From assembly GCA_963727525.1 (NCBI GenBank), contig CAVSGO010000007.1:576001-640000 (forward strand): a DNA stretch of 64,000 nucleotides. The letters are read 5' to 3'. Origin of the DNA: an uncultured bacterium. GTDB lineage: Bacteria; Krumholzibacteriota; Krumholzibacteriia; LZORAL124-64-63. The notes below the pieces were generated by a model that saw nothing but the letters and a program-made list of their open reading frames with translations, ran no database searches and was not told where the DNA came from. Positions 1 to 8,504 of this stretch are shown here, one piece after another (position 1 is the stretch's first letter; the number at the start of each line of letters is the position of its first letter). A program made the translations under genes and the position numbers.

Positions 1-521
1 TCCGCTACTGCCCGCAGTGTCGCGCAGAACTGGTGCTCGTGGACTCCGGAGGTCGTTTGAGGCCAACGTGTTCTGCGTGCGGATTCGTGCAGTATCTGAA
101 TCCGGCGCCCGGAGGTGGCGTGATCCTTCGGCGCGGCGCGACGGTCTGCCTGGTCCGGCGCAAGTTCCCGCCCAAGGTGGGGCAGTGGACGCTGCCCACC
201 GGTTTCATGGAGTGGGAGGAGGACATCGAGACCACGGCCGTGCGCGAGGCTTTCGAGGAGACCGGCCTGACGGTTCGGATCACCGGGCTCTTCGCGGCGC
301 ACACCGGCGTTCTGCCGCCCGACATCCCGGTGCTGGTGGTGTTCTTCGAGGCCGAGGAGATCGGCGGCACCCTCGAGGCCGGTGACGATGCGGCCGAGGT
401 CGGCTTCTTCGCCCTCGACGATCTGCCGGGCCCGATCGCCTTTGCCGCTCATCGCAAGGTGCTGTGCGCTCTCGGCGCCCGCGGCGTACCGGGAAGCCGA
501 CCGGGAGAGGAGTCGTCATGA
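1..521 (+). CDS. NUDIX hydrolase with N-terminal zinc ribbon (5'-partial)
   Basis: Frame is open from the window edge (RYCPQC...CSAC zinc ribbon); Nudix-box-like GFMEWEEDIETTAVREAFEETGL; stop overlaps the purN start (ATGA). Confidence 0.85.
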   Translation, partial: RYCPQCRAELVLVDSGGRLRPTCSACGFVQYLNPAPGGGVILRRGATVCLVRRKFPPKVGQWTLPTGFMEWEEDIETTAVREAFEETGLTVRITGLFAAHTGVLPPDIPVLVVFFEAEEIGGTLEAGDDAAEVGFFALDDLPGPIAFAAHRKVLCALGARGVPGSRPGEESS

Positions 522-1123
522 ATGAGCGCCGCCCGCGCGTGGCCGTGCTGCTGTCCGGCAGCGGCCGCACCCTGAGCAACTTTCTCGAGCGCATCGCGGA
601 CGGCTCTCTGCCGGTCGAGATCGTGGCGGTGGTGTCGAGTCGGGGCGACGTGCGGGGCGCGGCGATCGCGCGCGGGGTGGGCCTGCCGCTGGCCGTGCTG
701 CGCCGCAAGGAGTATCCCTCGTTCGAAGCCCACAACCAGGCCATCGCCGACTGGCTCGCCCAACACTGCCCGGAGATCATCGCGCTCGCGGGTTACCTCT
801 GCTTCTTCGTCCGTCCCTCCTGGTTTGAAGGCCCCGTCGTGAACATCCACCCGGCACTGCTACCGAAGTACGGCGGCCAGGGCTTCTATGGCGATCGCGT
901 GCACGCCGCCGTGCTCGCCGCCGGCGACACCGAAAGCGGCTGCACGGTGCACCTGGTGAGCGACCAGTACGACCGCGGCGACATCCTCGCCCAGAGTCGC
1001 GTGCCGGTGGTGCCGGGGGATGACGTGCACGCACTGGCCGACCGAGTCTTTGCTGCCGAGTGCGAGCTGTACCCGCGCGTGCTGGCGGAGCTGGCGCAGC
1101 GGGTGATGAATGACGGTACCTAG
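518..1123 (+). CDS. purN: phosphoribosylglycinamide formyltransferase
   Basis: VAVLLSGSGRTL, LAGY, VNIHPALLPKYGG and ESGCTVHLV motifs; ATG at 518 overlaps the upstream stop. Confidence 0.93.
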   Translation: MNERRPRVAVLLSGSGRTLSNFLERIADGSLPVEIVAVVSSRGDVRGAAIARGVGLPLAVLRRKEYPSFEAHNQAIADWLAQHCPEIIALAGYLCFFVRPSWFEGPVVNIHPALLPKYGGQGFYGDRVHAAVLAAGDTESGCTVHLVSDQYDRGDILAQSRVPVVPGDDVHALADRVFAAECELYPRVLAELAQRVMNDGT

Positions 1124-1226
1124 CTGCGGCCGTCGCCGAAGGCGTAGCTCGCCATGGTGCCGGCACCAACGCGGTGCAGATCGAGCAGGTCACGCTGCGC
1201 GACCCGGGCGCCGACCGGCGTGCCGT

Positions 1227-2384
1227 TCAGCGTGTGCGGACCAGCTTCCTGACGGCGACCTGGTCGCCGGCCTCGACCCGTAGGAGGTAGACCCCGCCAC
1301 CGACGCGGCGCCCGGCACGGTCGCGGCCATCCCACCGCAGGTCGAGGTCGCCGGCGGCGTTGCCCGCGGCGAGATCGGCCACTCGGTGGCCGGCCGTGTC
1401 GTAGATGGTCGCTTGCACCGCCACGGTCGCGTCGCCGAGCCTCAGGCGGAATCTGGTGCCGGTTGAACATGGATTCGGGCCCACGATCGTCAACCAGGGC
1501 GCGACGCCGCGAGATTCGTCGATCGCCGTCGGGTCTCGCCAGACGTCGACGATCGCCGGCGCCGCCACAGCCTGCCCCATGGGTGGGATTCCGAGCGCCT
1601 CGCATATCGTGCGCACGACGCTGAAGTGGTCGATGGTCTGGGACGACACGAAGTCCGTCTTCACCTGGTCACCGGCGAAGACCACCAAGATGTGGTTGTC
1701 CGTGACGTAGTCCTCGTCCCAGGTGAGGATGAGCAGGCCCGCCGGTCCGATCGCGGCGAGCAGCGGTGGCACGTTGGCGGCGAGCCAATCATCACCGACC
1801 GCCACCGAGCAGTCATGCATGTTGTGGCAGTTGTTCGGGACGACGAATACGAGGCGCGGCAAGTTCCCGTCGGCGATGTCCTGCGCCAGATCCGCGTACG
1901 GGCGCTCATTCTGATGATCGAGGTTGTCGAAGTCGGTCCAGGGGCAATGCCGCCGGTGGTAGAGGCCGCCGTCAAACGAGCAATCCGGCAGCCCCGGCGC
2001 CGGGAGATTCTCACTGTAGGCGCGCCACGCGATCCCCGCCGCCTCGCACGCGTGGCCCAGGTTGTCAACGCTGTACGGTACGCCTGCGGGCGGACAGGCA
2101 TCGTCGTCGATACCCATGACGTCGGCTGCCCAGAGCCCCAGGTAGTTCGGCTGCGAGGGGTGGGCGACGCCATGCGCGTCAGCGAACGAACTGCCGGCCG
2201 CGATCAGATCGGCAATGTACGGCGCACTTCGCACGTCATCGTAGGACTCGTTCTCCATGACGATGACGACGACGCGGTCGGCGGGCGGTACCGCCCGCAC
2301 CGGCGGCGCGGCGGCCAGTGCGAGTACCAGTACCAGCGCGCCCATCGTGAATCGGGTCCCCAACGTGATCGGCCTTTCCGGCAC
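1227..2384 (-). CDS. secreted phosphoesterase (acid phosphatase/phospholipase C family) with C-terminal FlgD-Ig/T9SS type-A-like sorting domain
   Basis: Signal peptide (LVLVLALAAAPPVRA); VVVIVMENES, HPSQPNY, NMHD and ITWDED motifs; C-terminal PNP...IYDTAGHRV...WDGRD...GVYLLRV...RKLV. Start may be the downstream ATG. Confidence 0.82.
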   Translation of the reverse strand: MPERPITLGTRFTMGALVLVLALAAAPPVRAVPPADRVVVIVMENESYDDVRSAPYIADLIAAGSSFADAHGVAHPSQPNYLGLWAADVMGIDDDACPPAGVPYSVDNLGHACEAAGIAWRAYSENLPAPGLPDCSFDGGLYHRRHCPWTDFDNLDHQNERPYADLAQDIADGNLPRLVFVVPNNCHNMHDCSVAVGDDWLAANVPPLLAAIGPAGLLILTWDEDYVTDNHILVVFAGDQVKTDFVSSQTIDHFSVVRTICEALGIPPMGQAVAAPAIVDVWRDPTAIDESRGVAPWLTIVGPNPCSTGTRFRLRLGDATVAVQATIYDTAGHRVADLAAGNAAGDLDLRWDGRDRAGRRVGGGVYLLRVEAGDQVAVRKLVRTR

Positions 2385-2458
2385 CGCGTTCCTCGAGGTC
2401 AGACGATCTCACGATAGTCGCGAATCGGCCGGACGACACGCGCGGTCGGGCGCATTGA

Positions 2459-2485
2459 AACGGGGCGCCACCGAGGCGCCCCGTT
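2459..2485 (-). terminator. intrinsic terminator-like hairpin after nfnB
   Basis: AACGGGGCGCC-accga-GGCGCCCCGTT inverted repeat with a short U tract on the minus strand, about 25 bp after the nfnB stop. Confidence 0.6.
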
Positions 2486-2508
2486 CCTCTAGGTGTCGAC
2501 GCTGGACG

Positions 2509-3960
2509 CTACTCCGCCGGCTGCTGCGGATCCTTCGCGTCGCCCGTCATCAGGTAACGGTGCATGGCGTTAGCGGCCATGCGGCCGGCGCCCATGGCGA
2601 GGATCACCGTGGCGCCGCCGGTGACGATGTCGCCGCCGGCGAAGACGCCCGGCAGGCTCGTCTCCATGGTGTCCGGGTCCACGACGATGACGCCGCGCTT
2701 GGGGTCCTTCTTCAGCTCGGGGCAGTCGGCCGTGAGCACGGGATTCGGGCCCTGGCCGATCGCGATGACCACTGTGTCCACGGCGAACTCGCGGATCTTG
2801 CCCTCGACGGGGATGGGGCGACGACGGCCGCTCGCGTCGGGCTCGCCCAGCTCCATCTCCTGGCAACGGATGCCGCCCACGGCGCCGGTGCCGTCGTCGA
2901 TGATCTCCACCGGCGAGTGGAGCAGGTGGAAATCGATGCCCTCCTGCTCGGCGTGGTGGATCTCCTCGAGACGCGCCGGCATCTCCAGGCGGCTGCGGCG
3001 GTACACCAGGTACACGACCTCGGGATTCAGGCGCTTGGAGGTGCGCGCGGAATCCATGGCGGTGTTGCCGGCACCGACCACGGCGATGCGCTTGATCTTC
3101 TTGATGGGGGTGTCCGCGCCGTCGGGGAACTTGTAGCCGCCCATCAGATTCACGCGGGTCAGGAACTCGTTGCTGCTGTACACACCGTTGAGGTTCTCGC
3201 CGGGGATGCCCAGGAACCAGGGCAGACCGGCGCCCACGCCGATGAACACGCTGTCGAAGCGCTCGCGGATGGAGTTGAGCGACTCGGCCTTCCCGACGGG
3301 GTAGTTCATCACGAACTTCACGCCCATCTTCTTGAGGCCCTCGATCTCCTTCATCACCACATGCTTGGGCAAACGAAACTCGGGAATGCCGTAGAACAGC
3401 ACGCCACCCGGACGGTGCAGCGCTTCGAAGATGGTGACCTCGTGACCCTTGGCGACGAGGTCGGCGGCGGTGGTCAGACCGGCAGGGCCGGAGCCGATGA
3501 TCGCCACCGTCTTGCCCGTGGGCGGCGCGATGGGCGGCAAGATCTCCAGGTCGTGCTCGATGGCGTAGTCGCCGAGGAAGCGCTCGATGCGCCCCACGCC
3601 GCCGGGCTCGCCCTTCACGCCGAGTACGCAGTACTTCTCGCACTGCTCCTCCTGCGGGCACACGCGGCCGCAGATCGCCGGCAGGAAATTCTTCTCCTTG
3701 ACCAGCTTCAGGGCGCCGATGATGTCGCCCTCCTGGAAGAGCCGCTGCATGCCTGGAATGTCTACCTCGACGGGGCAGCCCGTGGTGCACGGCTTCTTCT
3801 TGCAGATCAGACAGCGTTGCGATTCGAGGGACGCCTCGGCCTCGTCGTACCCCATGGGTACTTCCTCGAAGTTGCAGATGCGCAGCTCGGGCGGTTGCTC
3901 GCGCATGGGAACCTTGGTCTTCTGGCGATTGATCTCGCGCTTCTTCGGCGTATCGGCCAT
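2509..3960 (-). CDS. nfnB: NfnB / GltD-like NADPH-dependent oxidoreductase large subunit (homotetrameric glutamate synthase family)
   Basis: RCLICKKKPCTTGCP and CGRVCPQEEQCE Fe-S motifs; GSGPAG and GAGNTAMD Rossmann motifs; GVFAGGD; adjacent to nfnA. Confidence 0.88.
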   Translation of the reverse strand: MADTPKKREINRQKTKVPMREQPPELRICNFEEVPMGYDEAEASLESQRCLICKKKPCTTGCPVEVDIPGMQRLFQEGDIIGALKLVKEKNFLPAICGRVCPQEEQCEKYCVLGVKGEPGGVGRIERFLGDYAIEHDLEILPPIAPPTGKTVAIIGSGPAGLTTAADLVAKGHEVTIFEALHRPGGVLFYGIPEFRLPKHVVMKEIEGLKKMGVKFVMNYPVGKAESLNSIRERFDSVFIGVGAGLPWFLGIPGENLNGVYSSNEFLTRVNLMGGYKFPDGADTPIKKIKRIAVVGAGNTAMDSARTSKRLNPEVVYLVYRRSRLEMPARLEEIHHAEQEGIDFHLLHSPVEIIDDGTGAVGGIRCQEMELGEPDASGRRRPIPVEGKIREFAVDTVVIAIGQGPNPVLTADCPELKKDPKRGVIVVDPDTMETSLPGVFAGGDIVTGGATVILAMGAGRMAANAMHRYLMTGDAKDPQQPAE

Positions 3961-3971
3961 GACGGTTCCTC

Positions 3972-4841
3972 CTAGCGCCCGGGCGTCTGCTGCGTCGGCT
4001 GATCGGCGGCCGCGAGCATCCGGCAGTGATGATCGTGGGCGGCGCGCTCCTCCGGCTGGTAGTAGCTGAGCCGCTTGATCAGTTCGTCGAAATCGACCAG
4101 GTGCCCGTCGAACTCGGGTCCTTCAACGCAGGCGAAACGCGTCTCGCCGCCCACAGTGACGCGGCAGGCGCCGCACATGCCCGTGCCGTCGACCATGATC
4201 GGATTGAGGGAAGCCTGGGTCGGGATCTTGTAGGGCTCGGTGGTCTTGCACACGAACTTCATCATGACCACGGGGCCGATGCAGATGACCTCGTCGATCT
4301 GTCGGCCGGCATCGATCATGTCCTGCAACGCGTGAGTGACCATGCCCTTGCGGCCGTAACTACCGTCGTCGGTGGTGACGATGGTCTCGTCGGCCAGCGC
4401 GCGGATCGCGTCCTCGAGGATCAGCAGTTCCTTGGTGCGTGCGCCGAGAATGGCGATCACCTCGTTGCCCGCCGCCTTGAGCGCCTCCACCTGCGGCCAC
4501 ACCACGGCGTTGCCGATGCCGCCACCGACGCAGCATACCGTCTTGCCGGTGGGGATGTCCGTGGCCTTGCCGAGCGGGCCGGCGAGATCGGTGAGCGCAT
4601 CGCCCTCGCGCATGGCGTTGAGGATCATCGTGGTCTTGCCGACCTCCTGCGCGACGAGCGTGATCGTGCCCTTCGCCGGATCGCGATGCGCGATGGTCAG
4701 CGGGATGCGTTCGCCATCCTCGTGCACGCGCAGCACGACGAACTGCCCGGCCTTGCCTCGCTTGGCAATGTGCGGGGCCTCGATCTCGAAGAGGCGCGTC
4801 TTCGGGGCGAGCTCGCGGGTGTGGACGATCGTGTTGCCCAA
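3972..4841 (-). CDS. nfnA: NfnA / sulfide-dihydroorotate dehydrogenase-like FAD/NAD-binding [2Fe-2S] subunit
   Basis: GQFVVLR, ERIPLTIA, GGGIG, MVDGTGMCGACRV and CVEGPEF; TTG start at 4841 preceded by GGAAAGGAG. Confidence 0.9.
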   Translation of the reverse strand: MGNTIVHTRELAPKTRLFEIEAPHIAKRGKAGQFVVLRVHEDGERIPLTIAHRDPAKGTITLVAQEVGKTTMILNAMREGDALTDLAGPLGKATDIPTGKTVCCVGGGIGNAVVWPQVEALKAAGNEVIAILGARTKELLILEDAIRALADETIVTTDDGSYGRKGMVTHALQDMIDAGRQIDEVICIGPVVMMKFVCKTTEPYKIPTQASLNPIMVDGTGMCGACRVTVGGETRFACVEGPEFDGHLVDFDELIKRLSYYQPEERAAHDHHCRMLAAADQPTQQTPGR

Positions 4842-4974
4842 GGCGTGCTCCTTTCCAGACGGGTGACGCCGCCGCGCGTCGAAGCGTGACCAGCGACGAG
4901 GAATTCCCAGCGAAAAGTGGGACGCGTTCGGGCCCGTGGCAAGCGACGGACAATGTCGATCCTCTTTGCCAGGG

Positions 4975-5002
4975 TTGACGTTTGCCGGTCGCGCCGTAAT
5001 CT
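4975..5002 (+). promoter_or_regulatory. putative sigma70 promoter of folE
   Basis: TTGACG-N16-TAATCT upstream of the AAGGAG SD and ATG at 5035. Confidence 0.4.
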
Positions 5003-5034
5003 GGTGTGATCGTCCCAGCCAAGGAGCCGCGTGC

Positions 5035-5589
5035 ATGGAGAAACTGATTCGCGAAATCCTCGTCGGGATCGGCGAAGACCCCGAACGGGAAGGCCTGCTG
5101 AAGACGCCCGAACGCGTGGCGCGGGCCTATGGCGAGATCTGCGCCGGTTACAAGGTGGATGCCGACGCCCTCGTACAACAGGCGCTGTTCACGGCCGAGG
5201 GCAAGGAGATGATCATCGTCAACGATATCGACTTCTACAGCCTCTGCGAACACCATATGCTGCCGTTCTTCGGCAAGGCGCACATCGCCTATCTCCCGAA
5301 CCGCAAGATCGTGGGACTGTCGAAGATCGCACGCGTGGTCGAGGCCTTTGCCCGGCGCCTGCAGGTGCAGGAGCGGCTGACGGTACAGATCGCGTCGTGC
5401 CTCATGCGCAACCTCGACGCACTCGGTGTGGGCGTGGTGCTGCACGCTCAGCACCTGTGCATGATGATGCGCGGGATCCAGAAGCAGAACTCGGTGGCCG
5501 TCACCAGCGAGATGCTCGGCACCTTCGAGAGCAACCACAAGACCCGGGCGGAATTCCTCACGCTCATCGGCGAGAAGCCGTGGAACTGA
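5035..5589 (+). CDS. folE: GTP cyclohydrolase I
   Basis: [45 protein letters not shown] and HLCMMMRG motifs. Confidence 0.96.
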   Translation: MEKLIREILVGIGEDPEREGLLKTPERVARAYGEICAGYKVDADALVQQALFTAEGKEMIIVNDIDFYSLCEHHMLPFFGKAHIAYLPNRKIVGLSKIARVVEAFARRLQVQERLTVQIASCLMRNLDALGVGVVLHAQHLCMMMRGIQKQNSVAVTSEMLGTFESNHKTRAEFLTLIGEKPWN

Positions 5590-5602
5590 CTCGCAGCCGG
5601 CG

Positions 5603-5728
5603 TCACCGGTAAAAGCTCTTCACGGCGCTCCAGTTCGTGGACTCCACCGGGCTCGAGCTGTCGCAGTCGGCGTCGGGCCCCAGCGGCACGATCGCGTCCA
5701 CGCCGAGGAAGCATTGGGATCGACTCAC
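5603..5728 (-). other. 41-codon small ORF or gene remnant ending in PVESTNWSAVKSFYR (candidate C-terminal sorting motif)
   Basis: Hand translation: (GTG)SRSQCFLGVDAIVPLGPDADCDSSSPVESTNWSAVKSFYR-TGA. The GTG lies 1 nt after the menA TAG. It is absent from the supplied ORF track, probably because of its length. Confidence 0.5.
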
Positions 5729-5729
5729 C

Positions 5730-6626
5730 CTACGGAATCAGCACGAGTGCGGCCAGCACCACGGCGGTGATCAGTTCCCAGCGCGCGGTCGCGGCGAGCA
5801 GCCGATTCATGCCGGCGTCGAGGGGTGCCCGCAGCAAGCCGCGTTGCAGCGGCACGGCGAGGGGCACGAGCAGCAATGCGAGGAGCACGCGCTGGTCGGA
5901 CCACGCGATCGCCAGGGGCCAAGCCACCAGGTTACCCAGCGCCACCAGGATCACGCACTGCCAGCGGGCGAAGCCCTCGCCGAAGCGGACGGCGAGGGTC
6001 TGCTTGCCGGCACGTGTGTCGCTGACGATGTCGCGCAGGTTGTTCACGCCCATCAGGGCCGCGGCGTGCAGCCCCGGCGCGAGGCTCGCGACCAGGGCCG
6101 GCACCGTCACCTGGCCGCGCAACACCCAGAAAGTGCCCACGCCGGCCACGGGGCCGAAGAAGACGAATGCCGCCAGTTCACCGAGGCCCAGGCGGGCCAG
6201 GGGCCAGGGGCCGGCCGTGTAGGCGACGGCACCCAGGAGGCAAGCCGCGCCGACGAGGAGCAGCACGGGGCCGGTGCGGACCACGGCGTAGAGTCCCGCG
6301 GTGGCCCCGATCGCGAGCGCGATGAGGAAGCCGGCCCGCACCTGGTCCGGCGTGAGCAGGCCCGACTGCGTGACCCGGCGCGGGCCGAGGCGGTCGGCCG
6401 CGTCCACGCCGCTGCGCGCGTCGAAGTAGTCATTGGCAAGGTTGGCCGCGATCTGCAGGGCGAGGCCCACGACGAGGCAGGCGAGAAACAGGGGCAGGGG
6501 AAACCCGCCAGCCCGCGCGGCTGCTGCGGCGCCCAGGAGAATGGGCGCCGCAGCGGCTGGCAGGGTCTTGGGGCGGATGCCCAGCAACCAGGCGCGCGGG
6601 CTGGAGGGGCGGATGCTGGTGGACAC
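5730..6626 (-). CDS. menA: 1,4-dihydroxy-2-naphthoate polyprenyltransferase
   Basis: RPKTLPA, QIAANLANDYFD, GPRRVTQSG and NNLRDIVSD...GKQTLAVRFG; multi-TM UbiA family. Confidence 0.93.
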   Translation of the reverse strand: MSTSIRPSSPRAWLLGIRPKTLPAAAAPILLGAAAAARAGGFPLPLFLACLVVGLALQIAANLANDYFDARSGVDAADRLGPRRVTQSGLLTPDQVRAGFLIALAIGATAGLYAVVRTGPVLLLVGAACLLGAVAYTAGPWPLARLGLGELAAFVFFGPVAGVGTFWVLRGQVTVPALVASLAPGLHAAALMGVNNLRDIVSDTRAGKQTLAVRFGEGFARWQCVILVALGNLVAWPLAIAWSDQRVLLALLLVPLAVPLQRGLLRAPLDAGMNRLLAATARWELITAVVLAALVLIP

Positions 6627-6629
6627 GGG

Positions 6630-7571
6630 CTACAGCCCGCGAGCACCCAACCAGCGCTCGCACTCGATGGCCGCCATGCAACCAGTGCCGGCCGCGGTGA
6701 CGCCCTGGCGCCAGACCGGATCCTGCACGTCGCCGGCGGCGAAGATGCCGTCGACGTTCGTCATCGTGCGATCGGGCTGCGTGATCAGGTACCCGTTCGG
6801 ATCCATCTCGAGCTGGCCGTTCAGGAACGCCGTGTTCGGATCGTGACCGATGGCGATGAAGCAACCGGTGACGTCGATGGTGATGTCGGGCTCGCCCTTG
6901 GTGCTGGCCAGCCGCAGGCCCGTCATCATGCCGTTGTCGTCGGCCAGGTATTCCCCGATGACGCGCGACCAGGCCATCTCGATGTTCGGCGCGTTGAGCG
7001 CGCGGTCCTGCATGATGGCACTGCCGCGCAGCTCGTCGCGGCGGTGGATCAACGTGACCTTGGAGCAGATGCCGGACAGGTAGGTGGCTTCCTCGAGGGC
7101 CGTGTCGCCGCCGCCCACCACGGCCACGGGCTGCTCGCGGAAGAAGAACCCGTCACAGGTGGCACAGGCGCTCAGGCCCTTGCCGTGGAACTCCTCCTCG
7201 CCCGGCAGATGCAGCCAGCGGGCGGTGGAGCCGGTGGCGATGATCACCGCGGGCACCTCGTGCTCCTCGCCGTCCTCGGCCGTCACCCGGAACGGGGGGC
7301 CCTGGCAGTCGATCGCGGTCACGTTGCCGCTCTTCATGATGGTGCCGAAACGGGCCGCCTGGGCGCGGAACTTCTCCATCAGCTCCGGGCCGAGGATGCC
7401 TTCGGGAAAGCCGGGGTAGTTCTCGACATCGGTGGTGATGGTGAGCTGTCCGCCGGGCTGGATCCCCTCGTACATCATGTTGGGGATGTTGGCGCGGCTG
7501 AGGTAGATGGCGGCGGTATAGCCGGCCGGACCGGATCCGGCGATGATGACCTTGGGCTTGGACTCGCTCAT
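6630..7571 (-). CDS. trxB: thioredoxin-disulfide reductase
   Basis: GSGPAGYTAA, GGQLTITTDVENYPGF, SACATCDG, GGGDTALEEA and IFAAGDVQD; AAGGAG SD before ATGATG. Confidence 0.96.
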   Translation of the reverse strand: MSESKPKVIIAGSGPAGYTAAIYLSRANIPNMMYEGIQPGGQLTITTDVENYPGFPEGILGPELMEKFRAQAARFGTIMKSGNVTAIDCQGPPFRVTAEDGEEHEVPAVIIATGSTARWLHLPGEEEFHGKGLSACATCDGFFFREQPVAVVGGGDTALEEATYLSGICSKVTLIHRRDELRGSAIMQDRALNAPNIEMAWSRVIGEYLADDNGMMTGLRLASTKGEPDITIDVTGCFIAIGHDPNTAFLNGQLEMDPNGYLITQPDRTMTNVDGIFAAGDVQDPVWRQGVTAAGTGCMAAIECERWLGARGL

Positions 7572-7708
7572 CATGACTCCTTGGCGGCGGGCGCAGGGTG
7601 AATGCATCGCCTGCAATTGGTAAGTGGCCGGGGGGTACGTGTCAACCGGCTCGAGGCGGATCTTGACTTTCAGGGGCAACTCGATTATCTCTAATGGCTT
7701 GTGATGAG

Positions 7709-7770
7709 AACCGGGGTGGCACGCCACATCCGCTGTGGCTGCGGCGTGCCGGTTTGCAGCATGTCCGGTT
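7709..7770 (+). promoter_or_regulatory. structured 5' leader of rplU-rpmA (candidate r-protein leader)
   Basis: GGCACGCC(7718-25)/GGCGTGCC(7743-50) and AACCGG/CCGGTT inverted repeats; TTGACT (7663) -35-like hexamer upstream. Confidence 0.4.
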
Positions 7771-7793
7771 TTGTAGATTGTGGAGAGTCAAGC

Positions 7794-8105
7794 ATGTACG
7801 CGGTTGTGAAGATCAAAGGCCAGCAGTTCCGGGTCGAACCCGGCCTCACCGTCCAGGTGCCGCTCCTGGAGACCGACGAGGGCACCAGTGTGACCTTCGA
7901 CGAGGTCCTCATGGTGGGTAACGACGACGAGATCAAGGTCGGCGCACCGACCGTCGAGGGGTGCACCGTGGCGGCCGAGGTGCTTCGCCACGGCCGCAGC
8001 CGCAAGGTGATCGTCTTCAAGCGCAAGCGGCGCAAGAATTATCGTCGGAAGAAGGGACACCGCCAGCCCTTCACCGAGATCAACATCACCAGCATCAACG
8101 GCTGA
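7794..8105 (+). CDS. rplU: 50S ribosomal protein bL21
   Basis: MYAVVKIKGQQFRV...FKRKRRKNYRRKKGHRQPFT. Confidence 0.97.
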   Translation: MYAVVKIKGQQFRVEPGLTVQVPLLETDEGTSVTFDEVLMVGNDDEIKVGAPTVEGCTVAAEVLRHGRSRKVIVFKRKRRKNYRRKKGHRQPFTEINITSING

Positions 8106-8150
8106 GGTGGCGGCGCCCATCGGGCATGGTCAGCCAGGGAGCGAGCGAGT

Positions 8151-8408
8151 ATGGCTCATAAGAAAGCCGGCGGATCCACCCGCAACGGCCGTGACTCGAA
8201 TCCCCAGTACCTGGGGGTCAAGCGGTACGGCGGACAGGCCGTGAGGGCTGGTACCATCCTGGTGCGCCAGCGCGGCACGAAGATCCATCCGGGCACCAAC
8301 GTCGGCCGCGGTGGCGACGACACCCTGTTCGCGCTCATCGACGGCACCGTGGTCTTCGAGACCTGGGGCCAGAATCGGAAGCGGGTCAGTGTGCAGCCTG
8401 TCCAGTAG
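8151..8408 (+). CDS. rpmA: 50S ribosomal protein bL27
   Basis: [16 protein letters not shown]...LGVKRYGGQ...[11 protein letters not shown]. Confidence 0.98.
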   Translation: MAHKKAGGSTRNGRDSNPQYLGVKRYGGQAVRAGTILVRQRGTKIHPGTNVGRGGDDTLFALIDGTVVFETWGQNRKRVSVQPVQ

Positions 8409-8429
8409 CGGCGTGATCGAACGGTCGCA

Positions 8430-8468
8430 GGGAAACCTATCCCGTCCAGGGATGGGTTTCCTTTTTTT
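8430..8468 (+). terminator. rho-independent terminator after rpmA
   Basis: GGAAACCTATCCC-gtcca-GGGATGGGTTTCC followed by T7. Confidence 0.85.
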
Positions 8469-8504
8469 CGGGGCAGGATGGTGGCGACGACGGAAGGATC
8501 GCGC

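Noticed and set aside
1124-1226. Possible gene remnant (…RDLLDLHRVGAGTMASYAFGDGRS*) between purN and the phosphoesterase
   Set aside because: Too short, with no start and no motif I can support.
2509-3960. Glutamate synthase small subunit gltD
   Set aside because: Paired with an NfnA-type gene and no gltB nearby; NfnB fits better.
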